Of a stretch of DNA of 58,539 nucleotides, positions 8,470-18,186 are shown one piece after another; within the stretch, counting starts at the first letter, position 1; the number at the start of each line of letters is the position of its first letter. The notes beneath the pieces were generated by a model. It ran no database searches and was not told the DNA's origin. It saw nothing but the letters and a program-made list of their open reading frames with translations. Made by a program: the position numbers and the translations under genes. The stretch lies in the sequence record OR508996.1; one strand, 5' to 3'. This DNA comes from Enterobacter phage Mulvp2.

Positions 8470-10142
8470 CCATAACCATGCGCCCGTATCAACAGCGGGC
8501 TATTGATGACACATATCGTGCCTGGGATGAAGGTCACAAGGTTGTGTGCGACGTACTGAGTACAGGGGCGGGAAAGACACGCTGTAAGGCTCGCGTAACA
8601 CGTATTGAACGTGAAGCAGATCGTGTGTCATTACTTATGGCGCATCGCCATGAACTCATCGGACAGATCAGCATGGCTTTGGCTGCGGAAGGGATAATGC
8701 ACAATTTGATCTGTTCGAAAACATCTTTGCGTTATATCAGCACAGCACACACTGAAACCTTCGGCACCTCTTTTTACAGTCCGCGTGTAAAGAATGTGTA
8801 TGTGTCCTCTATTGATTCGCTCAGTAACGAGGATGTTGAATACTTCAAAAAAATAGGCGCGCATTTAACCTGGACGACGGATGAGGGTCATCATGTTCTG
8901 AGGGAAAATAAATGGGGTAAACCTTGTTCTGTATTTGACGCCGCTGGTGCGCGAGGGTTGATTGTAACAGCTACTCCGTCCCGCGCGGATGGTAAAGGGT
9001 TAGGACGCCACGCCGACGGATTGATCGACAAGATGATTGTCGGACCGTCTATGCGTGAGTTGATTACAATGGGCTACTTGACAGACTATCGTATTTTTTG
9101 CCCTCCCTCTGATTTGAGGCTTGACCAGGTTGAGGTCAGTAAATCAACAGGGGATTTTCAGAAAAATCAGTTGCAGGACGCCGTGAAAAAATCGCGCCTG
9201 GTAGGTGATGTGGTTGAGCAATATATTAAAATTGCACCGGGTAAACGCGGTGTTACTTTTACAGTGGATGTTAATGATGCTGAAGAAGTCGCACAACGTT
9301 TTCGGGATTATGGTGTTCCTGCTGCAGCGTTATCCGCTAAAAATTCAGCAGCGGAACGCAATAAGTTGATTAGACAGTTTAAAGAAGGTGAAATTTTACA
9401 AATCGTGAACTGTGATTTACTTGGGGAAGGTTTCGATCTTCCGGCAATTGAAGCTGTGTCATTTGCCCGACCAACACAGAGTTACGGGTTGTATGTACAG
9501 CAGTTCGGTCGCGCACTGCGCATACTGGAGGGTAAAGAAAAAGCACTAATTATTGACCACGTGGGTAATGTTATACGCCACGATCTGCCCGATAAACCGG
9601 TTGAGTGGACACTTGACCGTCGTGACCGTCGTGCGAAATCCGACAGCGGTGCTGAAAAACTGACAGTCTGCGTGTCATGCTTCCAGCCGTTCCCGGCGCG
9701 CAACAGTATCTGCCCGCATTGCGGTGAAAGAGTGCGCGCGGCGTCCGAACCGAGGACACTGGAACAGGTGGAAGGTGACCTGACTGAACTCACGCCGGAG
9801 ATACTCGCCCAGATGCGCGGCGAGGCTGACCGTGTAATGGAATCACCGGAGGCTGTGAAAAACCGTTTTCTGGCAGCAGGTGCACCACAAATTGCCGCGG
9901 CGGGCGCAGCGAAGCAGCACCGTTTACGCATGGAAGCGCAGATCGTCCTGCGTGACGTGATGCAGCGATACGGTGATTTCTACATGGGCACCCTGGGCTG
10001 TGGGCTGCGTGAAGCGCAGATCACTTTCTGGCAGCAATTCGGCACCGATGTACTGTCCGCACAGGCGCTGGGTCGCGCTGACGCTGAAGCGCTGACAGAC
10101 CGGGTGCGTGACCACTTATTACAGATGGGGGTAGCGGCGTGA
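8466..10142 (+). CDS. SF2 DEAH-box ATP-dependent helicase with C-terminal zinc ribbon
   Basis: 558 aa. Walker A STGAGKT, motif II TDEGHH. Zinc ribbon CVSCFQPFPARNSICPHCGE. Confidence 0.8.
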   Translation: MTITMRPYQQRAIDDTYRAWDEGHKVVCDVLSTGAGKTRCKARVTRIEREADRVSLLMAHRHELIGQISMALAAEGIMHNLICSKTSLRYISTAHTETFGTSFYSPRVKNVYVSSIDSLSNEDVEYFKKIGAHLTWTTDEGHHVLRENKWGKPCSVFDAAGARGLIVTATPSRADGKGLGRHADGLIDKMIVGPSMRELITMGYLTDYRIFCPPSDLRLDQVEVSKSTGDFQKNQLQDAVKKSRLVGDVVEQYIKIAPGKRGVTFTVDVNDAEEVAQRFRDYGVPAAALSAKNSAAERNKLIRQFKEGEILQIVNCDLLGEGFDLPAIEAVSFARPTQSYGLYVQQFGRALRILEGKEKALIIDHVGNVIRHDLPDKPVEWTLDRRDRRAKSDSGAEKLTVCVSCFQPFPARNSICPHCGERVRAASEPRTLEQVEGDLTELTPEILAQMRGEADRVMESPEAVKNRFLAAGAPQIAAAGAAKQHRLRMEAQIVLRDVMQRYGDFYMGTLGCGLREAQITFWQQFGTDVLSAQALGRADAEALTDRVRDHLLQMGVAA

Positions 10143-10348
10143 TTCAAAAAGCATTGGAAAAGTTGTCAGCAAATGACTGGCGAACAGACGAAATGTTCAG
10201 ACTTGGACAACTCCACGCAAACGATGGTAACTGGGATTTTGCAAATAAAGTGTCACGTGGGATCCTTAAATGGAAAACTATAGGTCTGATTAACCATGAC
10301 CGCGTGCTAACCAACAGGGATACCATGTATGACTACGATGCTGGGTGA
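10139..10348 (+). CDS. hypothetical protein
   Basis: 69-aa ORF, translationally coupled to the helicase gene by a 4-nt overlap. Confidence 0.4.
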   Translation: MIQKALEKLSANDWRTDEMFRLGQLHANDGNWDFANKVSRGILKWKTIGLINHDRVLTNRDTMYDYDAG

Positions 10349-10547
10349 GTACATTAAACAGGCAGTAACGGATCAGCATATCGCACAGCTCGTCGCAATG
10401 CCTGAATGGGAATTCGTTATTGTGATGGGTGAGGGCGTATTCTGTGATCCGTGCGCCGGTACGACACGCAATGGAATTTATTATTCCGAGTATGAATTAC
10501 TGACAGCATACCATCAACGCAACCCTGACGCGGAGCCACTTGTATGA
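10329..10547 (+). CDS. hypothetical protein
   Basis: 72-aa ORF in an overlapping gene series. Confidence 0.4.
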   Translation: MTTMLGEYIKQAVTDQHIAQLVAMPEWEFVIVMGEGVFCDPCAGTTRNGIYYSEYELLTAYHQRNPDAEPLV

Positions 10548-11056
10548 CCACACTGACTGAATGGGCGCATAAACATGGTGTGACCGGCGCGGCGCTGCGT
10601 GAACTGATTGAAATTGTTTATCCTGACGTCGATAGTCTTATTCCGGACCCTGAAAGCTATGAAAATGAGCAGGTACAGGCACAAATAAGACTTGAAGCGC
10701 CGAAACACGGCGCGTGGCTTGGCAGGAATAACAGAGGTGCCATGATGAATGATAAAGGTCGTCTGGTTCGATTCGGGTTAGCCAACGACAGTGATAAAAT
10801 TGACAAGGTTTTTAAAACAGGTGATTTAGTCGGCGGCACACAGCGAATGGTGATGCCCGAGCACATTGGTCAAATATGGGATATTTACACAAATGTGGAG
10901 GTGAAAGAGCCGGGATGGAAATTTACACCCGGTGATAAACGCGCTGTGGCACAACTTGCGTGCATCAATTACCACAGGAAAAGGGGTGGTATAGCGGGGT
11001 TTTGCACATCGGTAATTGATTATCGGAACCTGTTGCAACAACCGATCATTACGTGA
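10544..11056 (+). CDS. hypothetical protein
   Basis: 170-aa ORF with ATGA overlap to the upstream gene. Confidence 0.5.
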   Translation: MTTLTEWAHKHGVTGAALRELIEIVYPDVDSLIPDPESYENEQVQAQIRLEAPKHGAWLGRNNRGAMMNDKGRLVRFGLANDSDKIDKVFKTGDLVGGTQRMVMPEHIGQIWDIYTNVEVKEPGWKFTPGDKRAVAQLACINYHRKRGGIAGFCTSVIDYRNLLQQPIIT

Positions 11057-11093
11057 TATCCTCAATAAAACAATTACTGACGGTGTGTAAAAT

Positions 11094-11258
11094 ATGAAAG
11101 ATGAAGTTAAAGCCCTTGTTGAGAAACACGGCATCACGGCGGTAGCAGAAGCCTGTATGGTTACTGAACGTACCGTCAAACTGGCAATGTCCATCGAACG
11201 TCGTGTGATCAGCGCTGTGCGCTGGCAGCGCGCTGTAATTAAACTGGGAGCTAAATAA
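11094..11258 (+). CDS. small putative HTH DNA-binding protein (54 aa), not in the supplied track
   Basis: MKDEVKALVEKHGITAVAEACMVTERTVKLAMSIERRV. The segment ITAVAEACMVTERTV has a helix-turn-helix pattern. Confidence 0.4.
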   Translation: MKDEVKALVEKHGITAVAEACMVTERTVKLAMSIERRVISAVRWQRAVIKLGAK

Positions 11259-11259
11259 T

Positions 11260-11436
11260 ATGAACGTACCGCAACTTTGTTTCATGCCCGGGCAATTATG
11301 GATTTCACCGCGTGGGTTTTACTATCGTGTGATTTCGGTAAAAGATAAACAGGCTACTCTTCGAATGAATATTAATGGTACGGGCAAAAAAGTAAGCCGT
11401 GACGAAACCGCAACCAAAAACTGGCAATTACAGTAG
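11260..11436 (+). CDS. small ORF (58 aa), not in the supplied track
   Basis: ATG 11260 preceded by GGAGCTAAATAAT. The same 16-nt RBS block recurs before gene 11449. Confidence 0.35.
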   Translation: MNVPQLCFMPGQLWISPRGFYYRVISVKDKQATLRMNINGTGKKVSRDETATKNWQLQ

Positions 11437-11448
11437 GAGCTAAATAAC

Positions 11449-11805
11449 ATGCTGCAAATCTATTCTGATGCCACGGTTGATTCAATTACCGCTTATCTGA
11501 AAGACAACCCGGTGATCGCATTCACCCGTAAAAACGAGTCGGTGCAACTGAACGTACAACCTGACAACTTTCTCATTATTCCAGCCGGGCACCGTGTGCG
11601 CATTCCTACCGGTCTGTCCGTTGAGTCGACCGACACGGGATATGTGATGCAAACCGCCGGCGCAGCATTCACCAAAGCGCTGCGTTTTCTTGACCCACTG
11701 GTCGTACTGTCTGAAGGTGACCTGTTCATTGACATGCAGAATATCTCAGAGGTGCCGGTTGTGCTGACCCACGGCGACAACCTGGGTAAAGTGGTGGCGT
11801 TATGA
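11449..11805 (+). CDS. hypothetical protein (weak dUTPase-fold-like pattern IIPAGHRVRIPTGL, no catalytic motifs)
   Basis: 118-aa ORF with RBS GGAGCTAAATAAC before the ATG. Confidence 0.45.
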   Translation: MLQIYSDATVDSITAYLKDNPVIAFTRKNESVQLNVQPDNFLIIPAGHRVRIPTGLSVESTDTGYVMQTAGAAFTKALRFLDPLVVLSEGDLFIDMQNISEVPVVLTHGDNLGKVVAL

Positions 11806-12062
11806 ACCTTGACTATGAACTGCGCCTGTTCGAAAACGCTTTCGGCACCAAAGCGGACATGACGCGCAATGACCAGGGTGGCTTTGAGAACGGTGCAACG
11901 TCGCTTCTCTGGGAAGCCTGGCAGGAATGCGCACGCCGTATTCCGGAACGCCGTGATATGCGCGACCCGCGCCCGGCGGATGACGAGCCGCGCCTTTGCA
12001 CAAATAACCGTAACTATTTCCGTAAAGGGTGGAACGCCGCGGTAGAAAGCGCTAACCCATAA
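11802..12062 (+). CDS. hypothetical protein
   Basis: 86-aa ORF with ATGA overlap. Confidence 0.45.
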   Translation: MNLDYELRLFENAFGTKADMTRNDQGGFENGATSLLWEAWQECARRIPERRDMRDPRPADDEPRLCTNNRNYFRKGWNAAVESANP

Positions 12063-12086
12063 CTTTAACTGAGTGAGCACCGTAAA

Positions 12087-12278
12087 ATGAAAAAGATGAC
12101 ACACAGTGGGGTATTAATGCCGCATTGGACTAAACCTTATCGTACTGAATTTCGAGAAACTAAAAACTTTTGGGTAGATAAAACAGGATGTAAATTTAGA
12201 AAATCAAATGGTTATCCGGCCGGTGATTACGACTGGACACCTACTGTTTTGGATTTAAATTCTATCCAGGAGTTGTAA
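12087..12278 (+). CDS. hypothetical protein
   Basis: 63-aa ORF whose end abuts the primase start. Confidence 0.4.
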   Translation: MKKMTHSGVLMPHWTKPYRTEFRETKNFWVDKTGCKFRKSNGYPAGDYDWTPTVLDLNSIQEL

Positions 12279-14587
12279 TGGAACAATTCTATAATTTACT
12301 GACAGGCGGACAACCGGCCTGCTGGCGGACCTTCGCCGATCCTGAGGATATGCGCACAGCTATCGGTGAGGACGGTAAAAAACTTTATTACGGTAACAAG
12401 TATCACGGTACGCTTGACCAGGTGATGCCGCAATTACAGGCTGATAACTCAGCACTGTACGGCGTTTACATGGTAATCAATCAGGGCGGTCAGTCAGACG
12501 GCTCTATCATGATGGCGCGCGCCTGTTTTATTGATATTGACGAAGGTGGACTGCCGGAACAGTGGCATATCCCGCCGTCAATCATCATCAGCCGATCGGA
12601 CGGTCAGCGCCACCACGCATACTGGCTGCTGCACGCCGGCGCGGTCGATATGGGCGCGTGGTCAACCATGCAGAAACGTCTGATCGCACAGTATAAGTCC
12701 GACAAGACGATCCATAACCCGTCCCGCGTTATGCGTGTGCCCGGTTTCCTCCATTGGAAAGACATGGGTAACCCGCAGTCATATTCCATCGTCTCATCTA
12801 ACGGGGCGATCAGGTATCAGCTCGAAGATATCGCAACCGGTCTGCCGGAACTCGCGCCAACATCCTTTACCGGTCCGGTTACCCGCGGTGAAGTCGCGCT
12901 GGAAATTGACGACGCATTCAGTATCAACACCGCAGTCGGCTACCTGGCAAATGCACATCCGGCTGTCGAAGGGTCGAACGGCGATCAGACAACTTTCGCC
13001 ACTGCTGCCCGGGTGCGCGAGTACGGTCTGTCCGAGGCAAAGTGTGTTGAGCTCATGATGGAGCACTGGAACCCGCGCTGCGAACCGCCGTGGGATATCT
13101 CTGAGCTCACCCTGAAAGTTGCCAACGCCTACGCCTACGCCAGCAAAGCGCAGGGCAGTATGCACCCGGCAATGCTTTTCCCTGTACCTACGCCACCAGA
13201 CGTCCCGAAGCCGTCTGCGCGCCCGCACAAGCCGCAAATCCCCGGCGGTAACGTCATGGATATCCCCGGGCAGATTGAATATTTCCGCGGTGTGGTCTAT
13301 CTGGAAGCACAGAACCGCTTCCTGTGCCCTGACGGTCAGATAATGAAGCCCGAAGCGTTCAGTGCACGATACAGCGGCTATCAGTTTGTCCTGGATCTGC
13401 AGTTCGACAAATTCACCTTCAAAGCGCACGAAGCGTTTACCCTGTCGCGCGGGCACGAATTCCCGAAAGCATGGGGACCGTGTTTCCGTCCGGAAGCGCT
13501 GCCGGGTGCCATCGTGAACGACGAAGGTGTCGACCTGGTGAACATCTACGCGCCGGCTTATATCGACCGAATCAAAGGCGACGCAACGCCTTTCCTTACC
13601 CATCTGGCTAAACTGCTGCCGAATGACCGTGACCGGGTGATCCTGCTGTCCTATATGGCGGCGTGCGTTCAGTATCCGGGAATGAAAGCGCAGTGGTGTC
13701 CGGTGGTGCAGGGTGCGGAAGGTAACGGTAAGTCATTCATCGGCACAGCGCTGTCACACGCCGTCGGCCGCCGCTATACGCACGTCCCGGAAGCGTCAGA
13801 TCTGGAATCACAGTTCAACGGCTGGCTGCAGGGTAATCTGCTCGTCATCGTGGAAGAACTGAAAACCGACGACAAGCACACGCTACTGGAACGAATGAAG
13901 CCGATGATCACCAACAAGCGCATTCAAATCCAGCAGAAAGGTATCGACCAGACGACCGGCGATAACCGTGCAAACTTTATCTGTTTCTCAAACCACCGTG
14001 ACTGCGTGCCGATTAAACGTAACGGCCGCCGCTATGCCATGCTGTACACGGCGCAACAGAGCGTTGAAGACCTGCAGCGCGACGACATGCCGCCGGATTA
14101 TTTCTATCGTCTGTATGAATGGGCTGACAACGGCGGCTGGGCGGTGATCGCACACTTCCTGTCTGAATACGAGATACCGGATGAATTCAACCCGAAAACA
14201 TTCTGTCAGCGTGCACCGGAGACATCCAGCCAGCGCGAAGCGGAAAAAGTATCACTGGGACGCGTTGAACAGGAAATCATGGAAGCTGTAGACAGCGAGA
14301 TGCCCGGATTCTGTGACGGATGGATCAGCAGTTACCATCTGACCAAACTACTGGAAAGCAAAGGGCTTGAACGCTTCCTGCCGCCGAACAAGCGCAAACA
14401 GACCCTGGAGGATATCGGCTACGTGCAGCACCCTAACCTGAATAACGGACGTGTGAACAATGCGATCGCCGGGGAAGGTAAGCCGCGCCTGTACGTTGAT
14501 AAAATCCGTAAAGACCTGTTGAATATCAAAGCGCCGGGGGAAATTGCCGATATGTACTGGAAGTCACAGAACCCGTTTGCCGGATAA
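12278..14587 (+). CDS. bifunctional primase(-polymerase)/SF3 (D5/P4-type) helicase
   Basis: 769 aa. C-terminal Walker A VQGAEGNGKS with SF3 helicase layout. The N-terminal half looks like a prim-pol/D5_N region. Confidence 0.85.
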   Translation: MEQFYNLLTGGQPACWRTFADPEDMRTAIGEDGKKLYYGNKYHGTLDQVMPQLQADNSALYGVYMVINQGGQSDGSIMMARACFIDIDEGGLPEQWHIPPSIIISRSDGQRHHAYWLLHAGAVDMGAWSTMQKRLIAQYKSDKTIHNPSRVMRVPGFLHWKDMGNPQSYSIVSSNGAIRYQLEDIATGLPELAPTSFTGPVTRGEVALEIDDAFSINTAVGYLANAHPAVEGSNGDQTTFATAARVREYGLSEAKCVELMMEHWNPRCEPPWDISELTLKVANAYAYASKAQGSMHPAMLFPVPTPPDVPKPSARPHKPQIPGGNVMDIPGQIEYFRGVVYLEAQNRFLCPDGQIMKPEAFSARYSGYQFVLDLQFDKFTFKAHEAFTLSRGHEFPKAWGPCFRPEALPGAIVNDEGVDLVNIYAPAYIDRIKGDATPFLTHLAKLLPNDRDRVILLSYMAACVQYPGMKAQWCPVVQGAEGNGKSFIGTALSHAVGRRYTHVPEASDLESQFNGWLQGNLLVIVEELKTDDKHTLLERMKPMITNKRIQIQQKGIDQTTGDNRANFICFSNHRDCVPIKRNGRRYAMLYTAQQSVEDLQRDDMPPDYFYRLYEWADNGGWAVIAHFLSEYEIPDEFNPKTFCQRAPETSSQREAEKVSLGRVEQEIMEAVDSEMPGFCDGWISSYHLTKLLESKGLERFLPPNKRKQTLEDIGYVQHPNLNNGRVNNAIAGEGKPRLYVDKIRKDLLNIKAPGEIADMYWKSQNPFAG

Positions 14588-14592
14588 AAATC

Positions 14593-14618
14593 AGCCCGCA
14601 CTAAGCGGGCTTTTTGTT
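14593..14618. terminator. bidirectional rho-independent terminator (AGCCCGCACTAAGCGGGCT flanked by T-runs on both strands)
   Basis: Perfect 7-bp GC stem. TTTTTGTT follows on the plus strand and GATTTTTAT on the minus strand. Lies between convergent gene blocks. Confidence 0.6.
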
Positions 14619-14774
14619 ATGGCTTAAATTGCCCTAATTTTAACTTTTGTTCATCTGATAAATTCTGAATTCTTTTATTAAGCTTTACAGCAACGCACTT
14701 CAATATCATTTTGAGACACCAGATCTTAAACCACCTTGGTGCAAAAGGTAGCATACCTAAACAGTATAAAATTT

Positions 14775-15080
14775 TCATTTCCGTGCCTCCAGCATTGCAT
14801 CAGCCAGGCGGTATGCGCGCTGTGTAAACAGTTCATCATTCATCTCAGACCGCCAGTTATTAACGAGCAGCCCCTGCAGCGCTGACATGGCGAACTGATC
14901 GCGCAGTGTTGGTGGGGCTGATGGTGCCAGGCTGTCGAACAGATCGAGAACTGCTTCACCATCTGATACATGACCGTTATTATCTGCGCCGCAATTCGGG
15001 CAAACATAGTCTTTCAGTAAAACCTGACGCGGTGTTGGTCTGTCAAGACCCTGACCGCACTTACAGTAAATCCAGCTCAT
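14775..15080 (-). CDS. zinc-ribbon hypothetical protein
   Basis: 101 aa with CKCG...CPNCG. Confidence 0.5.
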   Translation of the reverse strand: MSWIYCKCGQGLDRPTPRQVLLKDYVCPNCGADNNGHVSDGEAVLDLFDSLAPSAPPTLRDQFAMSALQGLLVNNWRSEMNDELFTQRAYRLADAMLEARK

Positions 15081-15171
15081 TTTTCATCCTCGTTTGTGGG
15101 TGTGATATACATTATGCACAATTGTTTTATAGTGTCAATAAATAAAAACCGCCCGGGGTGGGCGGTATGGT

Positions 15172-15480
15172 TTAACGCAACTTGTCGTTTATTTTTATCG
15201 CATGTTGCACATTGAGATACTGTATCCAGCCCCAGAACCATATGCCGATCGGGAAGGTCAATACACCGAGCGTCACACAGAAACAGAACAGGATCTGCTT
15301 TAAAATACTACGTAATGTCATATCCATAATTTTACGAAATTTTCCGTATTCCTCAAACATAACACGCGCACTGTCGAACCACCGATGGCTCACCGCCGAT
15401 ACGCAGGTCATGTATGTCGGTCGATAGCCGGCGCGCACAGCTTTGAACGGATCGGCGATGAAGTCGTATATTGTGGTCAT
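15172..15480 (-). CDS. hypothetical membrane protein
   Basis: 102 aa with a hydrophobic C-terminal segment. Confidence 0.4.
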   Translation of the reverse strand: MTTIYDFIADPFKAVRAGYRPTYMTCVSAVSHRWFDSARVMFEEYGKFRKIMDMTLRSILKQILFCFCVTLGVLTFPIGIWFWGWIQYLNVQHAIKINDKLR

Positions 15481-15953
15481 GCGTGTCTCCCGAGCAGTTC
15501 TTTCATTCTGGCGTATGTGCGTGGTGCACGACCTGTATCTTCCCGCACTTCATCATCGAGCAAGGCGATCAGTTCATCCCAGTTGTCAAGGATTGGTTTA
15601 AACCCGGGCACACGGCGTCCGATCTTCTTAAAGCTGTCGCGTATCTCAGGGATATGTTTGACGAGTATACGGCAGCGGTTTAGATCGGCCGGATCGTATG
15701 GATAGCCGAAATGGGTACCGTAAACAGGTTTCTTCAAACCAAGTGCGATAGATGCCATAGTAGCCGAACTGATGCCGACTTTACCCATGCTCATCCATTC
15801 ACAGACTTTCATTGACAGATCGTTACCGGGCTTTGTGTCTGACTTTGGAATACGCTTCAGAATTTTGTTGCATTTAGCGCAAACCTTAAGTGTTTCAGTT
15901 TTACCCTCTGAAACTTTGGAAATCACATGATTACATTTCATTTCAGTCTCCAT
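15477..15953 (-). CDS. hypothetical protein with N-terminal CxxC...CxxC zinc finger
   Basis: 158 aa. MKCNHV...VCAKCNK. Confidence 0.5.
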   Translation of the reverse strand: METEMKCNHVISKVSEGKTETLKVCAKCNKILKRIPKSDTKPGNDLSMKVCEWMSMGKVGISSATMASIALGLKKPVYGTHFGYPYDPADLNRCRILVKHIPEIRDSFKKIGRRVPGFKPILDNWDELIALLDDEVREDTGRAPRTYARMKELLGRHA

Positions 15954-16174
15954 ACCGCGTTACCGCGGCGGCTGTAGTATTCGTCTTTTTCGATTTCAGG
16001 AATGGTGGTTAGCACGGCGCGCAGTTCATGACAACGCCAGGTGCGTTCCGGGTACTTATCACTGAGTCGTGCGCGTAATGACCAGGTTGACAGTCTGACC
16101 GGATAATCGCCGTACGCCCACGTCTTCTGTTCGGCAGCTACCTGATTGAAGATGTCGAGGATCTCACTTTTCAT
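15938..16174 (-). CDS. hypothetical protein
   Basis: 78-aa ORF in an overlapping gene series. Confidence 0.4.
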   Translation of the reverse strand: MKSEILDIFNQVAAEQKTWAYGDYPVRLSTWSLRARLSDKYPERTWRCHELRAVLTTIPEIEKDEYYSRRGNAVWRLK

Positions 16175-16526
16175 CGGCGGTTACCTCCAATTTTAAAATT
16201 TCAGCAATGGTAAGGACCGCATCATCAGTAACGTACTCACGTTGCAAATGGTCGATAATGTCACGTTTGAGTTTCATCATTGACATGTACTGCAGATATG
16301 CCGCTTCAGAGGCGTATAGCAGATCTGGCACGCAGAAGGTGTGTTCTTCACGCGCGCAACCTTTTTCAATAGCCTGATGACGATCAAATTTAGCGCCGCC
16401 AGTAACGTGCAGCCATTTGCGTCCGACTTTCATCACAGTAACATTGCGATTTCCGCCTGTATGACGTCGTGCACTGCGTAAGAAAGCTATGTCACCTTCT
16501 TTCAACTCGGTTAACCATGTGCTCAC
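16164..16526 (-). CDS. hypothetical protein
   Basis: 120-aa ORF. Confidence 0.45.
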   Translation of the reverse strand: MSTWLTELKEGDIAFLRSARRHTGGNRNVTVMKVGRKWLHVTGGAKFDRHQAIEKGCAREEHTFCVPDLLYASEAAYLQYMSMMKLKRDIIDHLQREYVTDDAVLTIAEILKLEVTADEK

Positions 16527-17254
16527 TCTGTGTCTCCTCTGGCTACTTTATCACGTGCGGTTCGCGCGTCGTCTAAACTGACATACCCGTATCCGTATGG
16601 CTGATCGGGTGGGGGTGGGGCTTTACCGTCATTGCGGGCGAGCAGGTCAGGGAACGGTCCTGTATACCAGCCCAGGTCGCCGGCGTGCAGCAGGCGCACA
16701 TCTTTCCAGGCATAACCCGTACCCATGTCCCAGTTGAGCTTGACGCGCACCATCGGGGCATCCATGGCGGCGATCACTTCTTCCTCGCTGACCGGCTCGG
16801 TGCTCCACTCATTCACCCACCACGTCAGGTCGTACACGCTGAGAGGCTTGTTAATACCCGGACCGTACCAGAGCAGGCCGCGTTTGATAATGCCCGCATA
16901 CAGCACGCCGCGCCAGTTGATACCGTGGTCCGGAATGTCACTGTTGAAGTGCAGTCCGGTCAGTCCCCGGGCTTTCGCCACTGCATTAACCTGGGCGGCA
17001 CGGGCGGTGTGTCCCGGTACCGGAAACATTAACTGTTCGGCGACGGCACGGGCGGTCATCGTCTCGCTTAATTCACGCGCTTTAATTGCGACATAATGCC
17101 AGACTCCGTCCTGATAATAAGCGTTGCATCCGAAGAACGTCGGCAATTTACGCATATCGAAATACGGATCTATTGACTTAATATATTCCCGCATTTCATT
17201 GGCGGATGTGGTATTACCCGCACCGAATATAAAGTCAGTCTGCGATAACGACAT
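16523..17254 (-). CDS. hypothetical protein (weak FGE/SUMF-like W-x-N-E-W motif only)
   Basis: 243 aa. LTWWVNEWS and Gly/Trp-rich segments. No confident family assignment. Confidence 0.45.
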   Translation of the reverse strand: MSLSQTDFIFGAGNTTSANEMREYIKSIDPYFDMRKLPTFFGCNAYYQDGVWHYVAIKARELSETMTARAVAEQLMFPVPGHTARAAQVNAVAKARGLTGLHFNSDIPDHGINWRGVLYAGIIKRGLLWYGPGINKPLSVYDLTWWVNEWSTEPVSEEEVIAAMDAPMVRVKLNWDMGTGYAWKDVRLLHAGDLGWYTGPFPDLLARNDGKAPPPPDQPYGYGYVSLDDARTARDKVARGDTE

Positions 17255-17612
17255 TTTTAATTACCCCTTTTGACACGGTTACGGCTCGCGAACCTAATAT
17301 ATTCATTGGCGCGCCGGACGTGGACAGCATGTCGTTTTCATCAATGAAAGGGTGTTGATTGATCCAGTAGTATGCGTGGAATTCGTCAACGTGGTGGGGC
17401 AGGCGCAGGGTCATTCCCGGCTCGAAACGCAGTCGTTTCATCCACTGTATCGTCTCGTCCGGGATGACCGGGGCGGCGTTGAGGATGACTGTCTGCGTGC
17501 GCCCGAGGATACTAACGTTGCGCATGATGCTTCCCTGGCAGATTGTGGCGGCCGCACGAGGCGTCAGACCTGCCGGGATGAGTGCTACGGAATTCTTCAT
17601 GTATGTCAGCAT
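17235..17612 (-). CDS. hypothetical protein (first gene of the second leftward block)
   Basis: 125-aa ORF. Confidence 0.45.
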   Translation of the reverse strand: MLTYMKNSVALIPAGLTPRAAATICQGSIMRNVSILGRTQTVILNAAPVIPDETIQWMKRLRFEPGMTLRLPHHVDEFHAYYWINQHPFIDENDMLSTSGAPMNILGSRAVTVSKGVIKNVVIAD

Positions 17613-17789
17613 GACAACCTCACTTGTTAGAAAGAGTTGTCATGTTATCTAACATAACAAGATTAGTCAACAAAAAGTGATAATTGTTTTATGAGTTGCT
17701 GGGCGGTGGGGTGGTGCTCGGGGTGACTTAAGTGATTGAATACCATGGATTACCCCGCACTTTGCAAAATTTACGCATCGTATAATCTT

Positions 17790-17890
17790 CCCTATAGTAA
17801 TTTCGAAAATAAATATATATATATAGAGTATGTCAACATATATCCTTATCTATATTATATATATTTATTTAATTATAAAGAATAGTAAGG
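17790..17890. repeat. AT-rich tract (about 85% AT) with a (TA)6 run
   Basis: tcgaaaataaatatatatatatagagtatgtcaacatatatccttatctatattatatatatttatttaattataaag. Candidate DNA-unwinding element, UP/IHF region or packaging-related element. Confidence 0.4.
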
Positions 17891-17972
17891 GGTATTAGGT
17901 GTGAAACCTGTTACATACTGAGAGCGCGGATAACCCCATAGCGTGGTAAAGTGGCGGGGTGTACGGTTTGAT

Positions 17973-17989
17973 ATGTTATACTATAACAT
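17973..17989. promoter_or_regulatory. perfect 8-1-8 palindrome ATGTTATAcTATAACAT (operator-like)
   Basis: Seen directly in the divergent intergenic region. Followed by tandem TTGGAATAA x2 at 18011..18028. Confidence 0.35.
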
Positions 17990-18051
17990 TATTCCTGTTA
18001 TTCTTGCGATTTGGAATAATTGGAATAATCGTTGCGGCACCTTGACGGTGT

Positions 18052-18060
18052 GGTATACTC
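18052..18060 (+). promoter_or_regulatory. extended -10 promoter element TGgTATACT
   Basis: TGN plus TATACT. An upstream TTGCGG lies 16 nt away. Same element type as TGaTATACT at 43418. Confidence 0.3.
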
Positions 18061-18186
18061 AGCGGTATGTGATGGTCGAGAAGGTCAGTTCGCCGATTCG
18101 AAATACTGACCGGAAGACCCTAAATAATTAATCGGATATTATTCAGGGGAAACATCGTCACATATAATTTAATTGAGGACGGTTAT

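Noticed and set aside
12794-13603. Long antisense ORFs inside large genes (e.g. 12794..13603, 9482..9931, 35078..35770, 44245..44925, 56170..56721, 11493..12104)
   Set aside because: Each is fully embedded antisense within a strongly supported gene (primase, helicase, scaffold/capsid, tail tube, lysis genes). Arg/Ser-rich, low-complexity translations are typical of the shadow frames of GC-balanced coding DNA.
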